A DNA stretch of 64,000 bases from the NCBI GenBank assembly GCA_022573815.1, contig JACZTG010000006.1:62119-126118 (forward strand), given 5' to 3'. A program made the translations under genes and the position numbers. This document shows, piece by piece, positions 44,882 through 53,403 of this stretch. Every line of letters starts with the position of its first letter. Position 1 is the stretch's first letter. A model generated the notes under the pieces. The model was given only the letters and a program-made list of their open reading frames with translations. It was not told the origin of the DNA and searched no databases. This DNA comes from Fidelibacterota bacterium. Lineage in GTDB: Bacteria; Fidelibacterota; SORT01.

Positions 44882-46591
44882 TTATTTCATTCTAAAACCG
44901 CTTTCCTCCGCCTCAAATATCCATCCGACGATCTTTCCGATAGAAAACTGGTCTTCTCCAAACCAAAATCGTTTCGTTCTCTCGTGGTATGATGAACTGT
45001 CAGCGCTGTCTTGAGAATCAATCTCGGCAATAATTCTATTTGCTCTTCCAATCCACGTCTTCATATTTTTTACTCTCAGGTCTATCCATCCCCGCTCGCA
45101 CCAACCGTCTATCATCTCCTCCGACAGTGGTTTTTCCCATCTTTCCCCACGGAGGGGGGTCTTGATTTCAGGCCCTCTTATGAATTTATTTCCTTCGGGC
45201 AGTAAGATAGGCAGCCCGATTGAAATAATTGTAGATCGAATCCATTTATCCTCTCTTATCAATTTATCTAATTTTTCGGACAAAATTTCGGGGTCAGCAT
45301 TTGCTATTGACTTAAGGTCGCCGTCCAATCTCTTGAGCATATATGCTTCATATAACAATTTTGTCAATCGGGGCGGTCCTAAATTCTCAAAAGCGATACT
45401 GTCATGCTCTGATTCAGCTTCAAGATCTTTCATCTCATTCAGAGCGATTTCGCGCATCATTCCCGCTCTGTAAGTAGGGGATAGAATGGAGGCGTCCAAA
45501 GCGGAAATGACGTCTCTTCCGGTATTTATTCCCTTGATCTCCTGCAGCACAATTTCGGCTATTTCTTCAGGGGTAATAAATTCCATTTGTCCAAGAGTAG
45601 TTATAGCCTCAAATTCGCCCAAAGAAAAATAACCGTTTTCTCCGGCATCAATGTACACGCTTTCAATAAATTCACCTTTCAGTTCAGTCCAACTTCCCTG
45701 ATCGAATATCGATTTGTTTTCATCGAACTCAACAGCCTCTTCGGGTACCGAATCAAATAAATTTATATAGTTGGCTCCTCGTTTAATTTTCCCGACTCCA
45801 ATATCTTTCCATGCTATAGCCGTTGCGGGTTTTACTTCCTTCACAATTGAAGCGCCCGGAGTCCTGCCCATTAAAAACAGAAGAAGCGAGTGAGCGCCTG
45901 CTATAGCGGATTTCGTTAACAGCATCTTAGACGGTTTTTCTTCGCTGTGAGTATATGGTATGTTAAAACCCATTCCTCCCGTTCCCGTAGTTCCTATCTT
46001 CAAATACATCTTTACTTCATTTGATTTTAAAGATTCAAATAATACCTGAATATGCTTTATCAGCTGTGGAAGGTTTAGCGATGCAAGAGTAAGGTCAAGC
46101 TGCTCCGAAAGGTCGTCAATTTTGGATGTGCCGTCCTTGATTCCATCCATAATTTTTCTTATTTCTGCCACATTCCCGTATACATTCTGATATGCTATCG
46201 CAGTGGCGGTGTTTATACAGTCTATAACACAATGGGGTTTATGCTTATCCAACAGGTAGTATAGCGCTGTTAATTTTAACGATTCCGAGTCGAGCTCGGA
46301 CGTCATATCATCAATCAGCAGACTTCGCATCTCTTTATTTTTAAGCAATTCCCATCTGGGAGTTTCCATAAATTCCTTACGAACAAATATGTCGCCCCAA
46401 TCCCAATCAACTTCAATATTTTTCCCGCTTACCTCTTTCTCCACCCAATCAAACATCGATCTGGAATCTTCCTTCCGCAGAGAACAAACCACTATCTTCG
46501 CAGGGTTTTCCGGTATCAGCCGCCTGCAAATTGATTGCCCCACCATTCCCCAGCCGCCCAGTACCATTATAGTTTTCCCGGTTATGTCCAC
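44882..46591 (-). CDS. hypothetical protein with an N-terminal Rossmann-type dinucleotide-binding motif
   Basis: 569 aa. KTIMVLGGWGMVGQSICRRL resembles GxGxxG. No family recognised for the remaining 500 aa. Confidence 0.45.
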   Translation of the reverse strand: MDITGKTIMVLGGWGMVGQSICRRLIPENPAKIVVCSLRKEDSRSMFDWVEKEVSGKNIEVDWDWGDIFVRKEFMETPRWELLKNKEMRSLLIDDMTSELDSESLKLTALYYLLDKHKPHCVIDCINTATAIAYQNVYGNVAEIRKIMDGIKDGTSKIDDLSEQLDLTLASLNLPQLIKHIQVLFESLKSNEVKMYLKIGTTGTGGMGFNIPYTHSEEKPSKMLLTKSAIAGAHSLLLFLMGRTPGASIVKEVKPATAIAWKDIGVGKIKRGANYINLFDSVPEEAVEFDENKSIFDQGSWTELKGEFIESVYIDAGENGYFSLGEFEAITTLGQMEFITPEEIAEIVLQEIKGINTGRDVISALDASILSPTYRAGMMREIALNEMKDLEAESEHDSIAFENLGPPRLTKLLYEAYMLKRLDGDLKSIANADPEILSEKLDKLIREDKWIRSTIISIGLPILLPEGNKFIRGPEIKTPLRGERWEKPLSEEMIDGWCERGWIDLRVKNMKTWIGRANRIIAEIDSQDSADSSSYHERTKRFWFGEDQFSIGKIVGWIFEAEESGFRMK

Positions 46592-47286
46592 TTTATCTTT
46601 TCCCTGACCGATTTAAGTTCATTTTTAGTTAAATCCCGATATTGTCCGATTTTTAATCCTCTGTCACTCAATCCCGCAAAGCTGCTTCTGTGTAATCTCT
46701 TAACCCGATAGCCCATAGCCTCAAAAATCCTTTTTACCTCTCTGTTTTTTCCTTCAGTAAGCGTGAGCGTAACATTCTTGCCTCCGGTTGAAATCAGATT
46801 CTGCACTTTTGCCACTCCATCCTCAAGCCTTACGCCCTTCCTGATTATTTTCACATCTTTCTTTTCGAATTTACGACTTAACCGCGCTTCATATACCCTT
46901 TCAATTCCGCGTGAGGGATGTGTGAGATTATTAGTCAATTCTCCGTCATTTGTGATGAATATTACCCCCGTAGTATTGTAATCGAGCCTTCCCACAGGAT
47001 GAAGACCTTCGGGATTTTTTATCATATCAATTATCGTTACTCTTCCTCTATCGTCGGAAACCGCGCTTATAGTTCCTGACGGTTTATTCAGTATATAATA
47101 TCTGTTTTCACTTATGACTTTTACGGGGAAATCGTCTAACGTAACGAAATCGGTTTTATCGTCCACCTGGAATCCGAACTCCTGAACTAATTCACCGTTT
47201 ACTTTAACCCTGCCTTCGGAAATCAGGACATCGCTCTTTCTACGGGATGCAGCTCCGGCTTTTGAAAGATATTGGTTCAATCTCAA
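46582..47286 (-). CDS. rluB: pseudouridine synthase, RsuA/RluB family
   Basis: 234 aa. S4 domain (RLNQYLSKAGAASRRKSDVLISEGRVKVNG) and the catalytic GRLDYNTTGV. Confidence 0.85.
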   Translation of the reverse strand: MRLNQYLSKAGAASRRKSDVLISEGRVKVNGELVQEFGFQVDDKTDFVTLDDFPVKVISENRYYILNKPSGTISAVSDDRGRVTIIDMIKNPEGLHPVGRLDYNTTGVIFITNDGELTNNLTHPSRGIERVYEARLSRKFEKKDVKIIRKGVRLEDGVAKVQNLISTGGKNVTLTLTEGKNREVKRIFEAMGYRVKRLHRSSFAGLSDRGLKIGQYRDLTKNELKSVREKIKWT

Positions 47287-47831
47287 CTTTCGGAAGCTCC
47301 CAATATTTCTTCAATCTCTTTAAGCTCGGGTAAATCTTTTAAGTGGTTCAAGCCGAAATACCGCAGGAACTCGGATGTAGTACCGTATAGTATCGGTCTT
47401 CCGGGAGAATTTTCTCTTCCCTTTATATTTATAAGGTTCCTTTCGAGAAGCGTTTTTATTACTCCATCGCTGCTGATACCCCGTATTGATTCCATAGTAG
47501 GCTTGCTTACCGGCTGCCTGTAAGCTATAATCGACAGTGTTTCCAATGCTTGAGACGATAACCGGAGTCGCCCTCTTCCCACAAATATCCTTCTGACCCA
47601 CTGCTCATATTCGGGCAGGGTAATCATCTGGTAACCGCCGGCAACTTTTGTTATCTGAAAGGATCTGCCGCTTTCTATGTATATATTATTCAATTTATCT
47701 ACTGTTGCGTCAACATCCAATTCTTCTCCGCCTTCGATGCACTCCCGAATCCGTGACAAACTTACGGGTTCCGGGGAAGCGAAAATAATAGCTTCGATTA
47801 TTCTGTCAACCGAACTTCCGTTACTTTTCAT
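47283..47831 (-). CDS. scpB: segregation and condensation protein B
   Basis: 182 aa with IEAIIFASPEPVSL and ETLSIIAYRQPVSKPTMESIRG. Confidence 0.9.
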   Translation of the reverse strand: MKSNGSSVDRIIEAIIFASPEPVSLSRIRECIEGGEELDVDATVDKLNNIYIESGRSFQITKVAGGYQMITLPEYEQWVRRIFVGRGRLRLSSQALETLSIIAYRQPVSKPTMESIRGISSDGVIKTLLERNLINIKGRENSPGRPILYGTTSEFLRYFGLNHLKDLPELKEIEEILGASES

Positions 47832-48567
47832 GAGTCGTTTTCCTTATGATGATTTCCCCTCCGAAGCTTTCTTGCGTGACCGTCACCTTATTTGATCTCA
47901 TCAATTCCAACAGCGCTAAAAAAGTTAATACAACAACCACCTTGTGAGTTAAGCTTTTTGCCAACTCCATAAAAGAAAACTCTGTTTTTTCTCCGAAAAA
48001 TCCCTCTATGACACCCATTTGTTCTTCGATGGTGACATCTAAAGTTTCCACTTCGTGCGTAGTCGTTACAGGCATTTCGGAAAGGACTTTTCTAACTGTT
48101 TCCAGCAGGTCATAAAGTGTTACGTCTTTTAATGAATCCTCTAAGGTGGGCCCGCCGTATACTTCCTCCATACTTTGAACTCTGGGAAACATTTTTATTC
48201 TGCCTTCCTCTATATCGCTCAGTTCGCCTGCGGCTTCTTTAAACCGCTTATATTCAATAAGCATATCCACGAGTTCCTGCCTCGGGTCTTCCATTTCCTC
48301 TTCATCATCCACAGGCGCTGCGGGAAGGAGCATCCTTGCTTTAATCCGCATAAGAGTGGCGGCTATCACGAGAAAATCTCCGGCAAGCTGGAGGTTTAAC
48401 GTTTTCATAAGAGTCAGGTAATTGAGAAAATCCTCGGTGATTTTTGAAATTGGAATATCGTAAATATCGAGTTCATCCCTCTTTATCAAAAAGAGGAGAA
48501 GGTCCAACGGACCCTCAAACGCAGGCAGGGTAACCCTGTATTGATCAACTAATAGAGGTGTGACCAA
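47821..48567 (-). CDS. scpA: segregation and condensation protein A
   Basis: 248 aa with LPAFEGPLDLLLFLIKRDELDIYDIPISKIT. Confidence 0.9.
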   Translation of the reverse strand: MVTPLLVDQYRVTLPAFEGPLDLLLFLIKRDELDIYDIPISKITEDFLNYLTLMKTLNLQLAGDFLVIAATLMRIKARMLLPAAPVDDEEEMEDPRQELVDMLIEYKRFKEAAGELSDIEEGRIKMFPRVQSMEEVYGGPTLEDSLKDVTLYDLLETVRKVLSEMPVTTTHEVETLDVTIEEQMGVIEGFFGEKTEFSFMELAKSLTHKVVVVLTFLALLELMRSNKVTVTQESFGGEIIIRKTTHEK

Positions 48568-49552
48568 ATTTCATTGCCTCGTAAACTGCGGACATCGTTT
48601 CCGATGCCTCTTTTTTTGCTTTTAAATCACCTTCGTGTATTATATCCCGAATTGCATCAGGTTTAGATTCATATTCCGCCCTTCGTTCTCTTAGAGGGTC
48701 GAGGTAGCTGTTTAATTTCTTAGCAAGATTTGTTTTACAATCTACACAGCCCAAGGTCCCCGCTTCACAATCCGGGCGAATTTGCGCTACATCATCTTTA
48801 TTAAATATATTATGATACGCGAACACAGGACATATATCGGGATGTCCTTTGCTGTCTTTATAAATTTTTTCGGGGTCGGTGATCATACTCATTACTTTTT
48901 TCGTTAAAGCGGCGCTATCGTCCGACATCAGAATTGTGTTGCCCACGGATTTGCTCATCTTTTTATTATCAAGCCCCGGCAGACGGCTGAATTCGGTCAA
49001 CTTCCCTTCAGGCACCGGGAATACGTTTCCATATGTGCTGTTGAATTTTCGCGCCAATTCCCTCGTGATTTCGATATGAGGCAGCTGATCTTCGCCTACA
49101 GGCACAAGGTTGGCTCTGTAAATAAGTATATCCGCAGCCTGCAATACTGGATAGCCAAGATGCCCGAACGACAAATTATCATCACTGTTCGTATCCCGCA
49201 CGCGTTCTTTGAGCGTTGGATTTCGTTCAAGGCGAGGGACGGTGATAAGCATTGAAAGCAGGAGGTTCAATTCGGCGTGTTCTTTTATATGTGACTGAAC
49301 GAATATGACACTTTTTTCCGGGTCGATCCCCGCTGAAAGCCAATCCAATACTACTTGGGTTGTTATCTCATTCAGATCGCCGCTTGAATTATAATCTGTA
49401 GTGAGGGAATGCCAATCAGCGACCATATGAAAATTATTATATCCTGAATTCTGAAGTTCGACCCAGTTTTCAAGAGCTCCCACGAGATTCCCAAGGTGTA
49501 ATTTGCCTGTGGGTTGCATCCCGCTGAGAATACGCTTCCCATCAGGTGACAT
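48545..49552 (-). CDS. trpS: tryptophanyl-tRNA synthetase
   Basis: HIGH-like GKLHLGNL and KMSKS motifs. I prefer the ATG at 49552 (MSPDGKRILSGMQPTG), 2 nt after the HNH gene stop. The longest ORF would start at 49582. Confidence 0.93.
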   Translation of the reverse strand: MSPDGKRILSGMQPTGKLHLGNLVGALENWVELQNSGYNNFHMVADWHSLTTDYNSSGDLNEITTQVVLDWLSAGIDPEKSVIFVQSHIKEHAELNLLLSMLITVPRLERNPTLKERVRDTNSDDNLSFGHLGYPVLQAADILIYRANLVPVGEDQLPHIEITRELARKFNSTYGNVFPVPEGKLTEFSRLPGLDNKKMSKSVGNTILMSDDSAALTKKVMSMITDPEKIYKDSKGHPDICPVFAYHNIFNKDDVAQIRPDCEAGTLGCVDCKTNLAKKLNSYLDPLRERRAEYESKPDAIRDIIHEGDLKAKKEASETMSAVYEAMKFGHTSIS

Positions 49553-49554
49553 TA

Positions 49555-50085
49555 TCAATCCATAAATAGATAGGGACGCCACTCCTTTATTGGCGTACGT
49601 ACGAACCGCTGAATAAATGTTATTCTGCTCGGCACTCTCGGTTTCGAAAGTAATTTAAGATTGGCTTCCCGAAGTGTACGATTTCCCTTTTTATTGTTGC
49701 ACGATACGCACGCTGTGGTGAGATTTTCCCAACTGTCTTTACCGCCTTTTACTTTAGGAATAATATGGTCTACAGTTAAGGGAGAACTCTTTGTCCCGCA
49801 GTATTGGCAGGATAGAGAATCTCTTTTAAGTATATTTTTTCGAGTCAGCACAATACTGTTTCGCGGCAGATTGATATAGCTGTAAATTCTAATCACCGCC
49901 GGCATTTTAATTGAATAGGAAACTGACCTTATCTCATCATCAAATTGTTCAACTGAATGCGCCTTTCCGAGAAAAATAAGAATTATCGCCCGCCGCATAT
50001 TACAAATTTGCAGCGGCTCATAACTCTGGTTAAGCAATAATACCTGTGTGTTCATCTTTCCGTTGGAGCTTAACAATTCAGTCAT
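49555..50085 (-). CDS. HNH endonuclease family protein
   Basis: 176 aa with CQYCG...DHIIPKVKGGKDSWENLTTACVSCNNKKGNR (HNH with zinc-binding cysteines). Confidence 0.75.
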   Translation of the reverse strand: MTELLSSNGKMNTQVLLLNQSYEPLQICNMRRAIILIFLGKAHSVEQFDDEIRSVSYSIKMPAVIRIYSYINLPRNSIVLTRKNILKRDSLSCQYCGTKSSPLTVDHIIPKVKGGKDSWENLTTACVSCNNKKGNRTLREANLKLLSKPRVPSRITFIQRFVRTPIKEWRPYLFMD

Positions 50086-50966
50086 TGCAGCATATCTCCC
50101 ACACTGCGGACATACATATACCGCTTTCGCAATTCTATGCTATGCTTCGGGTCATCGCTGTCTAAACCGTTGATTCTCACAATACCCGACGAGTGAATAA
50201 ATCTGCCTTCACCGAGGTAAATTCCTATATGATTAACTTTATCTTTACCGTTGTCGAAGAAAACCAGATCGCCTTTTTCAGCCTCGTTGTAATCCTCACC
50301 TATCTTTTCCCCCACCTTGACTTGCTGATATGTATCTCTCGGCATATCAATGCCATTTAATTCAAACACTGTCTGAACGAAACCGGAGCAGTCAAATCCT
50401 GCCGTACTTCTTCCTCCCCACAGGTAAGGCGCCCCGAGAAAAAGCTGTGCCGTTTGGGCAATACCTTCCCTCGTTCCCGCAGATTGAAGCTGAAATTGCC
50501 TGCTGTGAGTCCAGCCATTTATACCGTCGGGAAGTTTCAGCTCGACCCATGAACCCTTTCTTGACGCTATAGGAAGTTTCACTCCCATATGAGCGGTTCT
50601 AATTAGCGATGCGCTTTTAAATGGAGCGTCTAAAATCTCAGCAGACCTGTCTCCGAAGATAAATTTATCGGATTTTCTCCATTCATCGGCTTCTTTCTCG
50701 CTAAAACCTTTTACCATTCCCGGAGATATATAGCCCACGTATCCATCTGTCTCAAGTTTTACCTTGTACCAGCCGTCGTCTTCCTCTATGAATCGGACTA
50801 TTTCTCCCAAACGAGCCTGAGTTATTTGCTCAGACCGTTGGTCCGGTTCGGCACGCATCGGCGCCACGGCGATCATTATTATATAAAAAGGCAAGAAATC
50901 CATTACTATTCGATATTTTCCTCTCTTTAATTTGTGAAATTTAGCTAATGAATCCAATATTGTCAA
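50082..50966 (-). CDS. NlpC/P60 (C40) peptidoglycan peptidase with SH3-like domains
   Basis: 294 aa. N-terminal SH3b-like repeats and the catalytic GGRSTAGFDCSGFV ... NHIGIY. Confidence 0.85.
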   Translation of the reverse strand: MTILDSLAKFHKLKRGKYRIVMDFLPFYIIMIAVAPMRAEPDQRSEQITQARLGEIVRFIEEDDGWYKVKLETDGYVGYISPGMVKGFSEKEADEWRKSDKFIFGDRSAEILDAPFKSASLIRTAHMGVKLPIASRKGSWVELKLPDGINGWTHSRQFQLQSAGTREGIAQTAQLFLGAPYLWGGRSTAGFDCSGFVQTVFELNGIDMPRDTYQQVKVGEKIGEDYNEAEKGDLVFFDNGKDKVNHIGIYLGEGRFIHSSGIVRINGLDSDDPKHSIELRKRYMYVRSVGDMLQ

Positions 50967-51085
50967 GGCTTTTACCTTATTCGTTTCACAGGAAAATAAT
51001 TCGATTTTCCAACTTAAATTATTCCTTTTTATAAAACTGTTGCCATTTAATATGACCGAATATATTTTATATATGTTAACTATAT

Positions 51086-51262
51086 GATCTGCCCGGTAAA
51101 GGGAAGCCCGTTAGAAAGCATTAGCTGTCGATTCGGGCGCAGCCCCGCTACTGTATGTGGTTTTAATTCGCAAGATGCCACTGTTCTAAAAGTTAGAATG
51201 GGAAGGCGCGAAAGAAAGTTTCAGCCACGAGTCAGGAAACCTTTCCGGTCGGACAATCGCTT
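51086..51262 (+). promoter_or_regulatory. cobalamin (B12) riboswitch
   Basis: The conserved cores are visible: GGTAAAGGGAAGCCCG, GCGCAGCCCCGCTACTGT, GCCACTG, GGGAAGGC and the B12 box AGTCAGGAAACC. It lies upstream of a TonB-dependent receptor gene. Boundaries are approximate. Confidence 0.85.
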
Positions 51263-51481
51263 AAACCTTCGAGGGGAAGGTGAGGAGTATGAAAAGAGAT
51301 CGGTTTTTACCTTACCCCGGCAACATCGCCGGGGATATTCGTAACTGCCTATTTTACACTGCCAAAACTTTTGGCGGTTTCTCAAAGCAGCTGTCTGCCC
51401 TATCTACCGAATCAATATGCGATTGCCGTAATCAATCAGAAAGCGGGCAAAACGACTAAATGCACCGGAGGTAATCGGAAA

Positions 51482-53380
51482 ATGAAATCAATTATACGCT
51501 CAATTTTTGCTGTTTTTCTTATCACAGCCACAACGCTCGCTCAGACCGCTGTCGATGAAGAAAAAAACATAATTTACTTTTCCCCCGTGGTAGTAACCGC
51601 GAATCGGATTGAAGTTCCATTAGACAGGGTATCAAGTTCGGTTACTTTGATTACAGCAGACGCTATTGAGAAACAACAGGTAAGCGATGTTTCCGAACTT
51701 CTTCGGAATGTTTCCGGCGTTGATATAGTGCGAACAGGCTCTTCCGGGAAACTCACATCATTATTTATGAGAGGAACAGACAGTAAACACACTCTTGTAA
51801 TGCTCGACGGCGTTAAGTTGAATGACCCTTTAAACGGCGGCTTCGATTATACGAACCTCAGCACAGATAACATTAAAAACATCGAAATCGTTAGAGGCGG
51901 GCAGAGTACACTTTACGGTTCCGAAGCAATCGGCGGAATAATCAACATCACCACAAAAAAGGGCTTCAATGACTTCAAGCTCTCGGCGAGTGTAGAAAGC
52001 GGATCATTCGGCACGTTAAAAGAATGGGGAAATATCTCCGGAAGTACCAACTTACTAAATTATTCTCTCTCATTTTCTCGCCTCGACACAGACGGCTTGT
52101 TCGAAAACGATGACTTCTCCCGCTCAACATTCTCCGCCAACATTGCTACAGAATTCAACTCTGCTACCAAACTCACGTTTACCGGCAGAATATCTGATTC
52201 TGACGGAGGAACTCCGGGGCAACGCTTTCTTACTTTCGATCCAAACGCCAGAACTGCAAACAGAGTAAAAGCCGGCTCGGTATTGTTTAATCAGAAAGTT
52301 TCCTCCAAATGGCATCACAAGTTAATTATCTCCCGTTCTGAAGGAGATATTGATTTTGACAATTCGGTCGTTGAAGGTGATTTAAATCCGTTTGGAGCGG
52401 ATTCCTCCGAATTGACATCATCTATCAGCTCAATTGATTGGCAGAATGATTATCATATAAACCCTTATTTAGTTATCACATCAGGAGTGGAATGGGAAGA
52501 ACGAAAAGGAAAAAGAGAATCAGCTTTTACCAATTTTGATAATCTGACGAACACACGTTCTATTTATTTATTGAACCATATTAGATTTAACGATGATTTC
52601 ACAGTTTCAATCGGTGTCAGGTCCGATGACCACAGCACATTTGGAAGTAACACTAATTACCGTCTTACTTCATCGTATATCCTATCTAATTCTCCCGGTA
52701 ATGAAACCAAGTTGCGAGGCAGCATTGGAACCGGATTTCGTGCTCCATCTATAAACGAATTATTCTGGCCCTCTACGATATTTGAAGGAACGGAGTATTT
52801 CGTAGGGAACGTAAATCTCCAGCCCGAAGAGAGTACCGGTTTCGACATTGCTGTTGAACAAAGCTTTATCCAAAACAAATTTTTCCTTTCGTTGGATTAT
52901 TTCGAAAACACTTTCACAAGTCTGATAAGCTTCGGCGCGATGGGATACGAAAATATCGAAGAAGCTGCCTCACAGGGATTGGAATTCAGAACTCGGGCAA
53001 ATTTAAATAATCAACTGACCGCTTCCGGTAATTACACCTATCTCAAAACTGAGGATAAATCTACAGGCGATCCTTTGCTGAGACGACCCAAACACAGCGG
53101 TGGGCTGAACTTTAGTTACAGTCATAAAAGCTCCCTACAATTGAATCTCGGCGTTACTTTTGTGGGAGAACGGTTTGACAGCGACTTCTCAAGTTTTCCA
53201 GCTGTATATGAATTCATTCCCTCGCATAAAACGTTTAGAATAGCCTCTTCATATAAACTAAGTGAAAATGTCCGGTTAAATTTTAAAATTGAAAATCTAT
53301 TAGATGAAGAGTATTCAGAAGTCGCAGGCTATCCTTCTCCCGGCAGAGCAGTTTATGGCGGGATAACTCTGAATTTATGA
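51482..53380 (+). CDS. btuB: TonB-dependent vitamin B12/corrinoid receptor
   Basis: Start taken at MKSIIRSIF (GGAGG SD upstream, signal peptide ending TLAQ). Plug motifs are present (VVVTANR, LLRNVSGVDIV, MRGTDSKHTLVMLDGVKLNDP). The C-terminus is an aromatic-rich barrel ending in ITLNL. The gene is riboswitch controlled. Confidence 0.85.
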   Translation: MKSIIRSIFAVFLITATTLAQTAVDEEKNIIYFSPVVVTANRIEVPLDRVSSSVTLITADAIEKQQVSDVSELLRNVSGVDIVRTGSSGKLTSLFMRGTDSKHTLVMLDGVKLNDPLNGGFDYTNLSTDNIKNIEIVRGGQSTLYGSEAIGGIINITTKKGFNDFKLSASVESGSFGTLKEWGNISGSTNLLNYSLSFSRLDTDGLFENDDFSRSTFSANIATEFNSATKLTFTGRISDSDGGTPGQRFLTFDPNARTANRVKAGSVLFNQKVSSKWHHKLIISRSEGDIDFDNSVVEGDLNPFGADSSELTSSISSIDWQNDYHINPYLVITSGVEWEERKGKRESAFTNFDNLTNTRSIYLLNHIRFNDDFTVSIGVRSDDHSTFGSNTNYRLTSSYILSNSPGNETKLRGSIGTGFRAPSINELFWPSTIFEGTEYFVGNVNLQPEESTGFDIAVEQSFIQNKFFLSLDYFENTFTSLISFGAMGYENIEEAASQGLEFRTRANLNNQLTASGNYTYLKTEDKSTGDPLLRRPKHSGGLNFSYSHKSSLQLNLGVTFVGERFDSDFSSFPAVYEFIPSHKTFRIASSYKLSENVRLNFKIENLLDEEYSEVAGYPSPGRAVYGGITLNL

Positions 53381-53403
53381 TGGCATTCTGTTCAAATGGA
53401 ATT

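Noticed and set aside
47320-47601. 93-aa minus-strand ORF inside scpB, and several 60-170-aa antisense ORFs (for example 26004-26417, 36656-37168, 30234-30743)
   Set aside because: They are fully nested in, or antisense to, genes with strong family signatures. They lack SD sequences and have skewed composition.
51084-51344. 86-aa plus-strand ORF upstream of btuB, and the long btuB start at 51371
   Set aside because: The 86-aa ORF coincides with the cobalamin riboswitch aptamer. The extended btuB start would put 37 non-signal residues before the signal peptide and lacks an SD. ATG 51482 has GGAGG upstream.
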